From a virus: a stretch of 64,000 bases of DNA. This document shows, in pieces, positions 30,594 through 40,289 of this stretch (its first letter is position 1; every line of letters begins with the position of its first letter). Location of the stretch: positions 32,001 through 96,000 of the IMG/VR virus record IMGVR_UViG_3300025154_000049. The stretch is one strand, 5' to 3'. The translations under genes were made by a program, and so were the position numbers. The notes under the pieces are model-generated. The model was not told the origin of the DNA. It ran no database searches and saw only the letters and a program-made list of their open reading frames with translations.

Positions 30594-31445
30594 TTATTTT
30601 TTATCCCTTAGTTTATTTTTTAGTTTATTTTTTAGTTTTTCTATCTTAATAGCGTATTTGGTTTCTTGTTTTTCTAAGACAGTGTTAAATTTATTATCTG
30701 CTTTATCAAGTTTCTTTACATAGTTCTCTTTTTCTTTTTCTAAGTTATTTATAACTTTATTTTTCTTAGTCAAATTTGATTTTAGAGATTTTATTTCTTG
30801 ATGTAATTGTTTTTTATCTTTAACACTTACTTTAGATTCTGTAATTATGCTCCCAGAAATAAAGCCTAGATGGATAGCTTTTTGGAATACTTGAGATGGG
30901 GTTAATTGAAGCTCTTTCGCTATGGTTTCTACAGTTACTTTAGAAGCAACTTTTTCTCTTACTACGTTAAGTTGCTCTGGAGTCCAGACATGTCCCCGAG
31001 ACTTTCTCCTACCAACAGCACTCTCTGTGGATAATCTACCTATTACTGAATTAAGAGGTCTCCCTAGGATAACTGAAATCTCATAATTAGTATACTTGTC
31101 TTTTTTAAGAGCCTTTAAAGTATCAATTTCACTCTCTTTCCAAGAATTTTTAAATTGTTGGACTCCCATTATGCCTCTTATCTCCCCACGTTTAGCTGTT
31201 ATAGCACTGAAGGTTCTATCGGGTAATATTTTCATTAGTTCAAAAACAGACATTCTAGGACTTGTTTTTATGACATTTAATTCTTCATCTGTCCATTTGT
31301 CAAAAGAACTTCCCCTATATAGTACTTTTATCTTTTCTAATATCTGGTCTTCCGTTCTTTCTGGAAGTAGTTTCTTAAGAGTTATTAGGGTACTGCCCAT
31401 ATTTTGTTTTAATAATTCTGTTTCTTGTTTAGTCCATTTTTTCAT
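30594..31445 (-). CDS. Myb/SANT-like tandem HTH repeat DNA-binding protein with C-terminal coiled coil
   Basis: Four repeats starting KWTKQE, KWTDEE, SWKESE, VWTPEQ; LPERT/LPDRT/LGRP turns. Confidence 0.7.
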   Translation of the reverse strand: MKKWTKQETELLKQNMGSTLITLKKLLPERTEDQILEKIKVLYRGSSFDKWTDEELNVIKTSPRMSVFELMKILPDRTFSAITAKRGEIRGIMGVQQFKNSWKESEIDTLKALKKDKYTNYEISVILGRPLNSVIGRLSTESAVGRRKSRGHVWTPEQLNVVREKVASKVTVETIAKELQLTPSQVFQKAIHLGFISGSIITESKVSVKDKKQLHQEIKSLKSNLTKKNKVINNLEKEKENYVKKLDKADNKFNTVLEKQETKYAIKIEKLKNKLKNKLRDKK

Positions 31446-31606
31446 AAATATATTTTTCTCCTTTTATAATACTATCTTAATTTTATCATTACTTAATTAG
31501 ATATTCAAGTATTTGTAACGAAACATTTACATACCAAAAAAACCCGCCTAACTTAATAGGGGGGGTTTCTTAGAGCTAAGATATACCGATTTATACAGTA
31601 GGTACT

Positions 31607-31762
31607 CTAGTGTTTATCTATATTCATTTTCTTTTCCATATCTTCAAGATAATCATAATATTGTTTAACGGAGATATTATGTACTTGTCTGACATGGGAA
31701 GACAAACTTTTATTATTTTTAAAAAGATATCCACATAAAGAACAATTAGTCTTGGCATCCAT
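31607..31762 (-). CDS. C2H2 zinc-finger mini-protein (possible homing-endonuclease remnant)
   Basis: Manual translation MDAKTNCSLCGYLFKNNKSLSSHVRQVHNISVKQYYDYLEDMEKKMNIDKH. Confidence 0.55.
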   Translation of the reverse strand: MDAKTNCSLCGYLFKNNKSLSSHVRQVHNISVKQYYDYLEDMEKKMNIDKH

Positions 31763-31973
31763 GTTCTTTTTCCATATCTTTTAAATAGTCGTAATACCTA
31801 TCACATGATGCGAGGTGTGCTTTAGCAATAGCTTTAGCTATATCTGGGTGATTTGTATGTTCACTTTCTACTTCTACCCCTTTTTTTAATTGACCCTCAT
31901 CGAAATCAGAATCTGGGTCTTGACTGTGTTTTAATAGTTTAACCAAGTCTGTTATTCTACCCATTTTACCCAT
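31746..31973 (-). CDS. DUF5661-like small protein
   Basis: QLKKGVEVESEHT...AKAIAKAHL...YYDYL motif. Confidence 0.7.
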   Translation of the reverse strand: MGKMGRITDLVKLLKHSQDPDSDFDEGQLKKGVEVESEHTNHPDIAKAIAKAHLASCDRYYDYLKDMEKEHGCQD

Positions 31974-31980
31974 AATGATA

Positions 31981-32136
31981 TTATCTCTTTCTAAATGTTA
32001 AGCATTCTTCTATATTAGCTTCTATTCTATTCTCATATTGATAATAGAGACTTCCACAATCCCCACATTTTACCATTTCTTTTTCTACTTCTGAAATATT
32101 GTAGCAAATTTTACATTTAGGACAGATTATAAGCAT
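31981..32136 (-). CDS. Small Zn-ribbon protein
   Basis: Manual translation MLIICPKCKICY...KCGDCGS, 51 aa. Confidence 0.55.
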   Translation of the reverse strand: MLIICPKCKICYNISEVEKEMVKCGDCGSLYYQYENRIEANIEECLTFRKR

Positions 32137-32290
32137 ACTCTCAAAATCCTTATTAGTATATCTAATCTATAAGACAAATAAAAATTTATACTACCAATGA
32201 ATATGTTTAAGAGCAACAACATAATTAAGAAGGTACTTAAATTTTTCTCTATTATATTCATTTTTCCATTTTATAAATAAGTATGTCTAT

Positions 32291-32590
32291 TTATAATTTA
32301 AATTTTGAATATAATAATTCGATGAATTCGTCAGATTTTATTTCTTTTATTGAAAATGTTGTCTCTTCTTCATTAGCATGTTTAAAAACTACATTTTTAC
32401 CCTGTTTACTCATGGAAGATGTTATATTGAATGATTTAATATAATCATTTATAGAGTTCCATATATAGTTTTCTGCATCTTCGTAGCTAAAAAATGCTCC
32501 TAGGAAAGATTCCTCTGTATAGAACTCGGAACCCATAGGATGAGTTCTATAGTCTATGGTAGTATCTTCTTTAATTACACAATAAATCAT
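32291..32590 (-). CDS. Hypothetical protein
   Basis: 99 aa ORF. Confidence 0.6.
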   Translation of the reverse strand: MIYCVIKEDTTIDYRTHPMGSEFYTEESFLGAFFSYEDAENYIWNSINDYIKSFNITSSMSKQGKNVVFKHANEEETTFSIKEIKSDEFIELLYSKFKL

Positions 32591-32940
32591 AATAATTCCT
32601 CTATGTATTTGACCTCTTCGTAGTAATCAGACCCATTTATAATACATCCTTTCATTTTTTGGATGTACTTCTTAAGAAAAAATTTAACTTTGGGATTTAA
32701 TCTTATGAATTCTTCTAAACTAAGACTTTTCTTTTTAACGTTATTACAGAGAGTACAACAAATTAACAAATTATTTAAAAATGTATTCCCTCCCGATGAT
32801 TTTGGAATCACGTGGTCTAAGCTTATCTTTCTTTTTTCGTCAAAAGACCTACCACAATAGCAACATTTAGCATTTACTTTACGTGCGTAGTCCTTTAACT
32901 GTTTCTTAAGAGATTTTATTGGCTTTTTTGGTGTTGTCAT
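32587..32940 (-). CDS. HNH endonuclease (McrA-like)
   Basis: CCYCG, SLDHVIPKSSGG, NLLICCTLCNNVK; ends YIEELL (weak tag match). Confidence 0.85.
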   Translation of the reverse strand: MTTPKKPIKSLKKQLKDYARKVNAKCCYCGRSFDEKRKISLDHVIPKSSGGNTFLNNLLICCTLCNNVKKKSLSLEEFIRLNPKVKFFLKKYIQKMKGCIINGSDYYEEVKYIEELL

Positions 32941-33509
32941 TCTACTAATTCCTTGAATACATTATATTGATTCCAAGATTCTTTTTGCATAGTAACTTTA
33001 CTCTCTACATTCCAAGAAGAAAAAGCTGTCTCTGGGGAATAGGAATAACTAACAGCACCTGTATTATTTTTAATATCCTTTAAAACACTCTCAAAAATAT
33101 ATAACTTATCCCACCATTTATTTTTTTCTATTAATTTACCTATTTCTTCTGCAACTAATCTTTTCTCCCTGCTATGATTTTCCAAGATAGTTAAATAGGA
33201 GGAACTAGATTTATTATTAAGTTTTTTTATGAAAGGAATTAAATCCTTTCTAATATTAGCTCTTTTCTTTCTTAGAACATCTCCAGACCTGTATTGTATT
33301 AATTCTCCCTTATCTAGTTTATCTATAAATTGAGGAGGAGTTAAATCACAATCAACAGCCTTCCAAATGTATCCCCCAGATTCGTGAATATTTTCTAATC
33401 TTATTACATTAAAGTCTAATGTACTTAAAGATTTTCTTATAGAACTAAGAGAGGAATATATAACATATCTAATTTTATTATTTTTGGAATATTTATATAT
33501 TTTTCTCAT
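32937..33509 (-). CDS. Hypothetical protein, C-terminal xEL tag
   Basis: Ends NVFKELVE. Confidence 0.65.
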   Translation of the reverse strand: MRKIYKYSKNNKIRYVIYSSLSSIRKSLSTLDFNVIRLENIHESGGYIWKAVDCDLTPPQFIDKLDKGELIQYRSGDVLRKKRANIRKDLIPFIKKLNNKSSSSYLTILENHSREKRLVAEEIGKLIEKNKWWDKLYIFESVLKDIKNNTGAVSYSYSPETAFSSWNVESKVTMQKESWNQYNVFKELVE

Positions 33510-33904
33510 GATACTAATTCCCTTAACATTTTTAATCCGTTAATATCTTCTTCAGAAAGATAAGGGAGAGTATTATAGTTAGTAAGATATCCACTAAATA
33601 TTAAACATCTTACCAATTCTTTTCTAAGTTGTTTCAATGTTGTCCTGTTAGTTATTTCATAATCGGTAAATATTAATTCTGAAGAGTTAATATGGGAATC
33701 ATGATATATCTTATCTTTGAAGGATAATTTAAATTTATTATTAATATCAAAAACTATACTTTCCAATTCAGTAGTTCTATATTGGAAAGTTCCATAATGG
33801 TCAAATATCTTTTTTAATTCCTTAAAGACATTAAAATCTTTAAGTTGTCTGGAGAACAGTCTCTGACCGTTAATATTTAAAAGTATAAAATCCCTTAACT
33901 GCAT
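33506..33904 (-). CDS. Hypothetical protein, C-terminal xEL tag
   Basis: Ends KMLRELVS. Confidence 0.65.
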   Translation of the reverse strand: MQLRDFILLNINGQRLFSRQLKDFNVFKELKKIFDHYGTFQYRTTELESIVFDINNKFKLSFKDKIYHDSHINSSELIFTDYEITNRTTLKQLRKELVRCLIFSGYLTNYNTLPYLSEEDINGLKMLRELVS

Positions 33905-34158
33905 AATTCCTTCATACTTCTTTTAGTGTAGTATTCTAAACATTCATCCTTTTCAAAGTATTCTCTATGACCAGATACTAATAATTTTCCTAAGTATTGT
34001 AACTTGTTATCACAAAATTCAATAGGAAAATCTTTTTGTTTAAATCTGTCATGAAAATTATTTATATAAGTACATCTACAATTATCAGGTACTAAGGGAT
34101 AAATATTATTTAACTTGTTTCCATGTTTTTCTAAATAAACTCTACCCATTTGAAACAT
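33895..34158 (-). CDS. Hypothetical protein, C-terminal MxEL tag
   Basis: Ends RSMKELCS. Confidence 0.65.
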   Translation of the reverse strand: MFQMGRVYLEKHGNKLNNIYPLVPDNCRCTYINNFHDRFKQKDFPIEFCDNKLQYLGKLLVSGHREYFEKDECLEYYTKRSMKELCS

Positions 34159-34260
34159 TTGTATATACCCACATAGCGACTAACCATAAATAATCTCCTT
34201 ATATGCTACATATTAAATATAGCATACGTTGATTTGAATTACAAGGGTTATTAACTTTTA

Positions 34261-34434
34261 TTAATCTAAACAATTGGGATTAAAGTCTCTAGGTATGATT
34301 AAATTGCAAGGTTTTATCATTCTTCTTTTGACAGTTCCACATTTTTTACAAGTTATTATAGGGTCTTCCATCATACCATGAACAATTTCTTCTTCAGTCT
34401 CACATTCGGGACACCAATAAGAATAAGTAGCCAT
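34261..34434 (-). CDS. FmdB-family zinc-ribbon protein
   Basis: Manual translation MATYSYWCPECETEEEIVHGMMEDPIITCKKCG. Confidence 0.75.
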   Translation of the reverse strand: MATYSYWCPECETEEEIVHGMMEDPIITCKKCGTVKRRMIKPCNLIIPRDFNPNCLD

Positions 34435-34656
34435 TTATTTACTTCTCCTCTTTAAATAAAATAATTTTATTGTATATAATAAGGTAGTTAAAGCATATAT
34501 AACTAAAGGGGCATCAGATAAAACCAATGCTAAACACAAAATATTTAAGGTAGGGTCAATATTTAAAGTATAAATAACGAAACTTCCTAACATAATATTA
34601 GTAGAAACTGTTAATAAAATAATTAACAATATAATAGATAAAATAAGACTTATCAT
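34435..34656 (-). CDS. Small membrane protein
   Basis: Two hydrophobic segments. Confidence 0.55.
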   Translation of the reverse strand: MISLILSIILLIILLTVSTNIMLGSFVIYTLNIDPTLNILCLALVLSDAPLVIYALTTLLYTIKLFYLKRRSK

Positions 34657-34664
34657 GCTTCTCC

Positions 34665-34838
34665 TTAGTAGTAGAGATTATCATGTAATATGTCTATTAA
34701 TACATCTCTATCGTGTATTAATTCCTTTACTAAACCATCATCCAAGATATCCTTGTTGTTTTCAATGTTTAGAGTTAATTCTTCGATTTCTTCTTTCAAC
34801 ACTTCAATTTGTCTTAATTCATCTCTGGTAAGTTCCAT
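34665..34838 (-). CDS. Small acidic coiled-coil protein
   Basis: Manual translation MELTRDELRQIEVLKEE...; GGAGGA RBS. Confidence 0.6.
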   Translation of the reverse strand: MELTRDELRQIEVLKEEIEELTLNIENNKDILDDGLVKELIHDRDVLIDILHDNLYY

Positions 34839-34987
34839 AAAATCCTCCTATTCACATGTATATTCATTATACTACACTTTTATTCAATATTCAAGGATTT
34901 ATGAATTTATGTAACAAAGTAAAATACCCCTTTTATAACTAGGGGTATTTCTATATGAACATCCTTGAGAGGGGAGACTAATATAAT

Positions 34988-37201
34988 CTAGTAATAGAAT
35001 ATGTTAGCCACTACAGAAGAGACAGGTAATGTTATTTGAGTATTAAACTTTTCAGTAATTGCGGAATTGGCTCCAGTCCAACCACCCATAGCTAATCCAG
35101 AGTTTTGACCACCACATCCAGATAAGGTGATTCTAGCAGTTCCTAAAGAACTTGTGTTAGTCCAAAGAATACCATTAAATTTTTCTGTATTAGCAACATA
35201 AGAACCAGTGCTACCCCCAAAGTTTAAAGCGGAGGATTGTGTTCCACATCCGCTTAAATTAGTTCTTGCAGATACTAACGAAGAAGCGATAGACCAAGTA
35301 GCCCCATTGAATTTTTCCGTATTGGCTAAGACATCAGAACCAGTAGTAGTTCCTCCAGAACTTAATCCAGAGTTTTGACCTCCGCACCCTGCTAATACAT
35401 GTCTAGCCGTGTTCATATTACCAGTGGCAGACCAAGCAGTTCCATTAAATTTTTCAGTTACGTTAGATGTAGAGCCAGTGTTTCCTCCGAAGCTTAATCC
35501 AGAATTTTGAGTACCTGCCCCACCAAGTCCGTGTCTGGCGGTATTTAAATTACCAGTAGAAGACCAAGTAGAACCATTAAACTTTTCAGTTGCATTAGAA
35601 ACAGAACCAGTGTTACCTCCAAAACTTAACCCCACTGTCTGGGTTCCACAACCTGCTAGTAGATAACGAGTAGTGTTCAAATTCCCGCTATTAGCCCAAG
35701 TACTTCCATTAAACTTTTCAGTATTATTTAATATAGTGGAAGCGTTATATCCTCCAAAGCATGTTCCACTATTTTCAAATCCACAACTTCCCATAGCATA
35801 TCTAGCAGTATTTAAGTTACCTGAGCTAGTCCACACACCACCTATTACATCATCTAGGAAACCTAATGATGCTAAATCATTATGTTCTTCTTCTGTTAAT
35901 CCATTAGATAAAGGTCTTACTTCTACTGCTAAATAACAAGGACAATATATTTCAAAAGTATTTAAATCGTCTTTTAAGGTATCTACTTCTATTATGTCAT
36001 TATTACTACTTAGTAGATAATAAGAGAATAAAGGTTCTCCATTGAATTTTTCCGTATTGGCTAAGACACCAGAACCCGTATTACCTCCTCCAAAACTTAA
36101 TCCAGAGTTTTGTGTACCTGCTCCTCCAAGCCCGTTTCTAACTGTATTTAAGTTACCTGTATTAGACCAAGTATCTCCATTAAACTTCTCAGTTGCTCCT
36201 ACATAAGTAGTTGTATATCCTCCAAAACTTAATCCAGAGTTTTGTGTACCTGCCCCACCAAGTCCATCTCTAGCAGTATTTAAGTTACCTGTATTAGACC
36301 AAGTACTTCCATTAAACTTCTCTGTTACAGCAAAAACAGAACTAGTACTACCCCCAAAACTCAATCCAGAATTTTGAGTACCTGCTCCTCCAAGCCCACG
36401 TCTAGCAGTATTTAAAGAACCCGTGTTAGCCCAAGTAGAACCATTAAACTTTTCAGTTGTTGCTGAATAGGAACCAGCATATCCTCCAAAACTTAATCCA
36501 GAGTTTTGAGTTCCACATCCAACTAACTGATGTCTAGCAGTATTTAAGTTACCTGTATTAGACCAAGTATCTCCATTAAACTTCTCAGTTGCTCCTACAT
36601 AAGTAGTTGTATATCCTCCAAAACTTAATCCAGAGTTTTGAGTTCCACACCCAGCTAAAGCACGTCTAGCAGTATTTAAGTTACCTGTATTAGACCAAGT
36701 ACTTCCATTAAACTTCTCTGTTACAGCAGAAACAGAACCTGTGTTACCCCCAAAAGATAATCCAGAGTTTTGTGTTCCACATCCAGATAAGGAGACTCTA
36801 GTTGTATTTAAATTTTCGCTAGAAGACCATATATTTTTTACTAGGTTAGTTCCAGTATAGTTAGTTAAATTTATATACCTGTTACCAGAATCTGAAATAT
36901 AGAATTCTTTATACATAGCATCTACATCTAAAGATGTTATAGTTAAACTTCCCCCACCAGTTCCAGTATTTACTTGAGTCCATCCAGTATTTCCGCCATC
37001 GGATGTTTTTCTATATACATATCCAGTAGCAGTGTCTTCGTACAAGATACCTATATTGGCAGTAACGGCACCTTCAGGTGCCCCAGAATCTCTCAGAAAT
37101 GTAGCATTAATACCATTATATAAAGTATCAAAATCACTGTTTACCTGAGCAGATAAACTTATTGTATTTCCAGTAAAATCGTATGGTTTACTTAAAGTCA
37201 T
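34988..37201 (-). CDS. Kelch-repeat fibre/receptor-binding protein, paralog 3
   Basis: Same 6+6 repeat architecture and conserved linker. Confidence 0.75.
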   Translation of the reverse strand: MTLSKPYDFTGNTISLSAQVNSDFDTLYNGINATFLRDSGAPEGAVTANIGILYEDTATGYVYRKTSDGGNTGWTQVNTGTGGGSLTITSLDVDAMYKEFYISDSGNRYINLTNYTGTNLVKNIWSSSENLNTTRVSLSGCGTQNSGLSFGGNTGSVSAVTEKFNGSTWSNTGNLNTARRALAGCGTQNSGLSFGGYTTTYVGATEKFNGDTWSNTGNLNTARHQLVGCGTQNSGLSFGGYAGSYSATTEKFNGSTWANTGSLNTARRGLGGAGTQNSGLSFGGSTSSVFAVTEKFNGSTWSNTGNLNTARDGLGGAGTQNSGLSFGGYTTTYVGATEKFNGDTWSNTGNLNTVRNGLGGAGTQNSGLSFGGGNTGSGVLANTEKFNGEPLFSYYLLSSNNDIIEVDTLKDDLNTFEIYCPCYLAVEVRPLSNGLTEEEHNDLASLGFLDDVIGGVWTSSGNLNTARYAMGSCGFENSGTCFGGYNASTILNNTEKFNGSTWANSGNLNTTRYLLAGCGTQTVGLSFGGNTGSVSNATEKFNGSTWSSTGNLNTARHGLGGAGTQNSGLSFGGNTGSTSNVTEKFNGTAWSATGNMNTARHVLAGCGGQNSGLSSGGTTTGSDVLANTEKFNGATWSIASSLVSARTNLSGCGTQSSALNFGGSTGSYVANTEKFNGILWTNTSSLGTARITLSGCGGQNSGLAMGGWTGANSAITEKFNTQITLPVSSVVANIFYY

Positions 37202-37207
37202 ATATTA

Positions 37208-37660
37208 TTAACTCCACATAGCATTTGATACAATATGCCAGTTATCCCCATCGCTAACAACCCTCATATAGGCATATTGACCACCTATAGTTTTATTTAA
37301 ACTTCCATCCAGAGTGTCTGTTAAATCGCCTTCTATTATCACGTTACCTGTTCCAGAATCAACTTTTTTAACAATTACTTCTTTGCCAGTAACATTAGCA
37401 GCGGGGGGTAGGGTTATGGTTCTATCCGAACTTCCAGTAGTAACAGTAGCGAAACTTTCATTGTTAGCCATACTATAGTCAGTACTACTTACTACTACAA
37501 AAGTAAAACCAGAACTCCCTGTCTGACCTAGTATATTAGTCCAAGACCCACCATTATCCTGTCCTTGTAAAACTCCAGAGTTAGACCTGATACCTACTTT
37601 ATTAGTTCCTTTTCCGATAGTAAATGTGTCTATCAAAGTACCAAGAATATTAAGTAACAT
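37208..37660 (-). CDS. Small virion fibre-associated protein
   Basis: TITLPPAA..GKEVIVKKVD...VSDG.NW beta domain; N-terminus shared with 9602 and 49878. Confidence 0.6.
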   Translation of the reverse strand: MLLNILGTLIDTFTIGKGTNKVGIRSNSGVLQGQDNGGSWTNILGQTGSSGFTFVVVSSTDYSMANNESFATVTTGSSDRTITLPPAANVTGKEVIVKKVDSGTGNVIIEGDLTDTLDGSLNKTIGGQYAYMRVVSDGDNWHIVSNAMWS

Positions 37661-37775
37661 TATTATTAATTTCCTTAAATTAAATTACGTGCTTATTCAT
37701 CATAAAGTTCTCTATTTAAAATATAAAAGTCCCAGTAAATAACTGAGACTTTTTTAGGTATATTTTTATAGATTT

Positions 37776-38846
37776 TTAAATTAATTCATATAACTTATTT
37801 TTTATAAGGAAATCAGCTATTCCACTTTCTCTCCCCACATATAAATTCATAGCTAGGGACATCTTATTATTTAATTCAGAAGTAGCTTTTATGGCATAAT
37901 CTTTTCTAGGTAAATTTTTATTAGTAGCATAGAAATTATCTATTTCCTGAATCAGTTCGTTGTACAAAACTACTAATTTTACCCTGAATTCTTCTAAATA
38001 CTTTAATAAATCTTTATCTTCTTTGAATAAAGGAAGTACATCGTCTAAACCATTACTTAAAATAAGTTCAGATAAGTGTTTTTTATTAGAAATACTATCT
38101 TTTACTCGATGTTTACGTACGTAAACATCGAGTAAAAGATAAATTCTCTGACCATTATCGAAAACTATTACAAACCCTTCTCTGCCAGAGGCAGTCTCTT
38201 GTAATTTAGCAACATCTTCTAAACTTATATTATATTCTTTTACAATTTCAAAAGGGCATCCCCCTAAGTCATGTACTGAATGATATTCTCCAGTAAACAT
38301 ATTTCTAAGAGCCAATAAAACCAATTTTTCTTCGGGATAAAATAAAACTATTTGGTTAGTGGGTGCTACATATTCCATAAGTGGGGTATAACCTTGATTA
38401 ATCCAGTAAGTACAAAAATCCTTAAACTCTTTACTGTTATTGATAATCTCAGTAGCTCTTTTAGATTGCTCCGATTCTATTGTTGATTTTGTCTTAGCAA
38501 GTATTTCACCGTCTGGAAGCATTCCGACGGTTATTAAAGAACCATCTACCTTCTCTGTGATGGATATAGGGGTCAATTTAGATACTAATAACTTGTCTGT
38601 GAAAGGATTTTCCTCATAATTAAAAAATTTTTCAAAATTAGTACAAAATAGTTCTATGTTTCCTTCTTTATCTTTTATAAATGTTTTACCTCTAGCTTCC
38701 AAAGCATTAGGAAGTAAGAAATCAGAATAAGAAGCTAATCTATAGTTAAAAGAAGTTAATTCGTAATCTTTATAAACCTGAACTGACTTTATAAAATTTT
38801 CATTAGTATCTACTAAATTTTGAAAAGAGTTGTAGTAATCTTTCAT
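37776..38846 (-). CDS. T4 Rnl1-like RNA ligase (motif V overwritten by a palindrome)
   Basis: EARG, FEKFFN, TEKVDGSL (motif I), MEY, REGFVI (motif IV). Confidence 0.85.
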   Translation of the reverse strand: MKDYYNSFQNLVDTNENFIKSVQVYKDYELTSFNYRLASYSDFLLPNALEARGKTFIKDKEGNIELFCTNFEKFFNYEENPFTDKLLVSKLTPISITEKVDGSLITVGMLPDGEILAKTKSTIESEQSKRATEIINNSKEFKDFCTYWINQGYTPLMEYVAPTNQIVLFYPEEKLVLLALRNMFTGEYHSVHDLGGCPFEIVKEYNISLEDVAKLQETASGREGFVIVFDNGQRIYLLLDVYVRKHRVKDSISNKKHLSELILSNGLDDVLPLFKEDKDLLKYLEEFRVKLVVLYNELIQEIDNFYATNKNLPRKDYAIKATSELNNKMSLAMNLYVGRESGIADFLIKNKLYELI

Positions 38847-38857
38847 CTAGTTTTCCT

Positions 38858-39334
38858 TTATGTTGTTAATTCCCGCATTGACAATCTTGTTAATAACCTA
38901 TTATAACATGGTAGATATGTTAAGTCAATATCTTTCTCTTGAATACATTTAAAATCTTTAACATTAATTAATATCTTGTCAAAACTATTAATTAATAGAA
39001 ATTCCAAGAAAGTATTTGTTATAGTTTCGTAGGATATATCATTTTTGAATACTGTTTTCCATATTTCTCTATCTTCAAAAGATAAACATCTCTCATTAAA
39101 ATAGTGTATTTCATAAGTAAAACTATTCCTATTTGCATTATTGAATATTTGATAGAGTATAAAAGGGTATTGGCTTACTCCCAATTCTTGGCATCTCATA
39201 CATTCAGTTAAGAAATCACCACAGTAATGTATTTTCTTAAATTGTTTTTCTGTTCTATAATTTTCATACTTGTACTTCAAAAATGAATATAGAATACCTA
39301 TAATTCCGCCTACTATAATTCCATTAAAAATCAT
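38858..39334 (-). CDS. Membrane-anchored hypothetical protein, C-terminal MxEL tag
   Basis: N-terminal TM; ends LSMRELTT. Confidence 0.65.
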   Translation of the reverse strand: MIFNGIIVGGIIGILYSFLKYKYENYRTEKQFKKIHYCGDFLTECMRCQELGVSQYPFILYQIFNNANRNSFTYEIHYFNERCLSFEDREIWKTVFKNDISYETITNTFLEFLLINSFDKILINVKDFKCIQEKDIDLTYLPCYNRLLTRLSMRELTT

Positions 39335-40281
39335 ATAAAATTTTTACCATTAGTAGCAATTGCTATAAGTTTATCTACATCGTACAGTCTTGTAGATATA
39401 GCCAAAGTTTCTAATTCTTTATACATATCCCCATCATTAAAGGGTAGCATTAAATCAGATATATTATCGGTTCCTATTCCTACTTGTATTTCGTACTCCA
39501 ACATCTCGTCTACTGGTGTTATAGAATTATGTACTGGTTGTAAGTCTTCTTTTCTGGGAGAATCCAACCATGCCCTAGGACAACAGATAATAGAAGTTCC
39601 CGTCTCTTTTAAATAGTCGTAGATAAAATTTCTATAATTTCTGGGATGACTAGAAAGAGAAATACAATGGATTAAAGATACTTGACCCTCTAACCCGTGT
39701 TCTACTACCTTGTCTAACACTAACTCTGTTTCTTTTTCTTCAGAAGAATTGAATTGGTCTACATGAACATGAACTTTCTTAGATAATTGTTTAGCTCTTT
39801 TAAATACTATATCCAAATGAGCCTTTGAGTCTACATCTCTAGCTGGCAAAGAACCTATAATATCACAATAAGCAGAACCCATATCAAAGTAGTATCTATT
39901 TTTCTCGTCTAAGATACCTTTTAGAGTTTGGTTAGCACATTTTAGGTCTATTAAAGCTCCAAAATTTCCTTTAACATTTTCAAAAGCTTCATAAGGTTTA
40001 GATTCTGACACTTCATCAAAGTCTAAAAAGGTGCATATTCCTTTAGCTCCATTCATTTTTTGATAAGTAACAGCATTCATCATATTGGTAGTTAGTTGTT
40101 TTAAAGTTATTTCTTTCTTTATACTATCTACTAGATGCCATTTTTGTTTTAAATCCTTATTAGACACGTTAAAATTTTCATCTGTAAGAGTATAAGCTCT
40201 ATCCAAATGAGCATGACAATTATAAAATCCGCCTTTTTTTTCTATAAGGTCTCTAAAATACCCTTCTACATTAAAAAACAT
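39331..40281 (-). CDS. Amidohydrolase-superfamily deaminase (cytosine deaminase-like)
   Basis: NCHAHLDR, HVHVDQ, IHCISL, GIGTDN metal ligands. Confidence 0.8.
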   Translation of the reverse strand: MFFNVEGYFRDLIEKKGGFYNCHAHLDRAYTLTDENFNVSNKDLKQKWHLVDSIKKEITLKQLTTNMMNAVTYQKMNGAKGICTFLDFDEVSESKPYEAFENVKGNFGALIDLKCANQTLKGILDEKNRYYFDMGSAYCDIIGSLPARDVDSKAHLDIVFKRAKQLSKKVHVHVDQFNSSEEKETELVLDKVVEHGLEGQVSLIHCISLSSHPRNYRNFIYDYLKETGTSIICCPRAWLDSPRKEDLQPVHNSITPVDEMLEYEIQVGIGTDNISDLMLPFNDGDMYKELETLAISTRLYDVDKLIAIATNGKNFI

Positions 40282-40289
40282 ACTACTCC

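Noticed and set aside
21050-37201. CRISPR array or diversity-generating retroelement in the periodic repeats
   Set aside because: The repeats are in-frame ~132-bp coding Kelch units with synonymous variation. No reverse transcriptase, adenine-specific TR/VR pair or cas gene is visible in the window.
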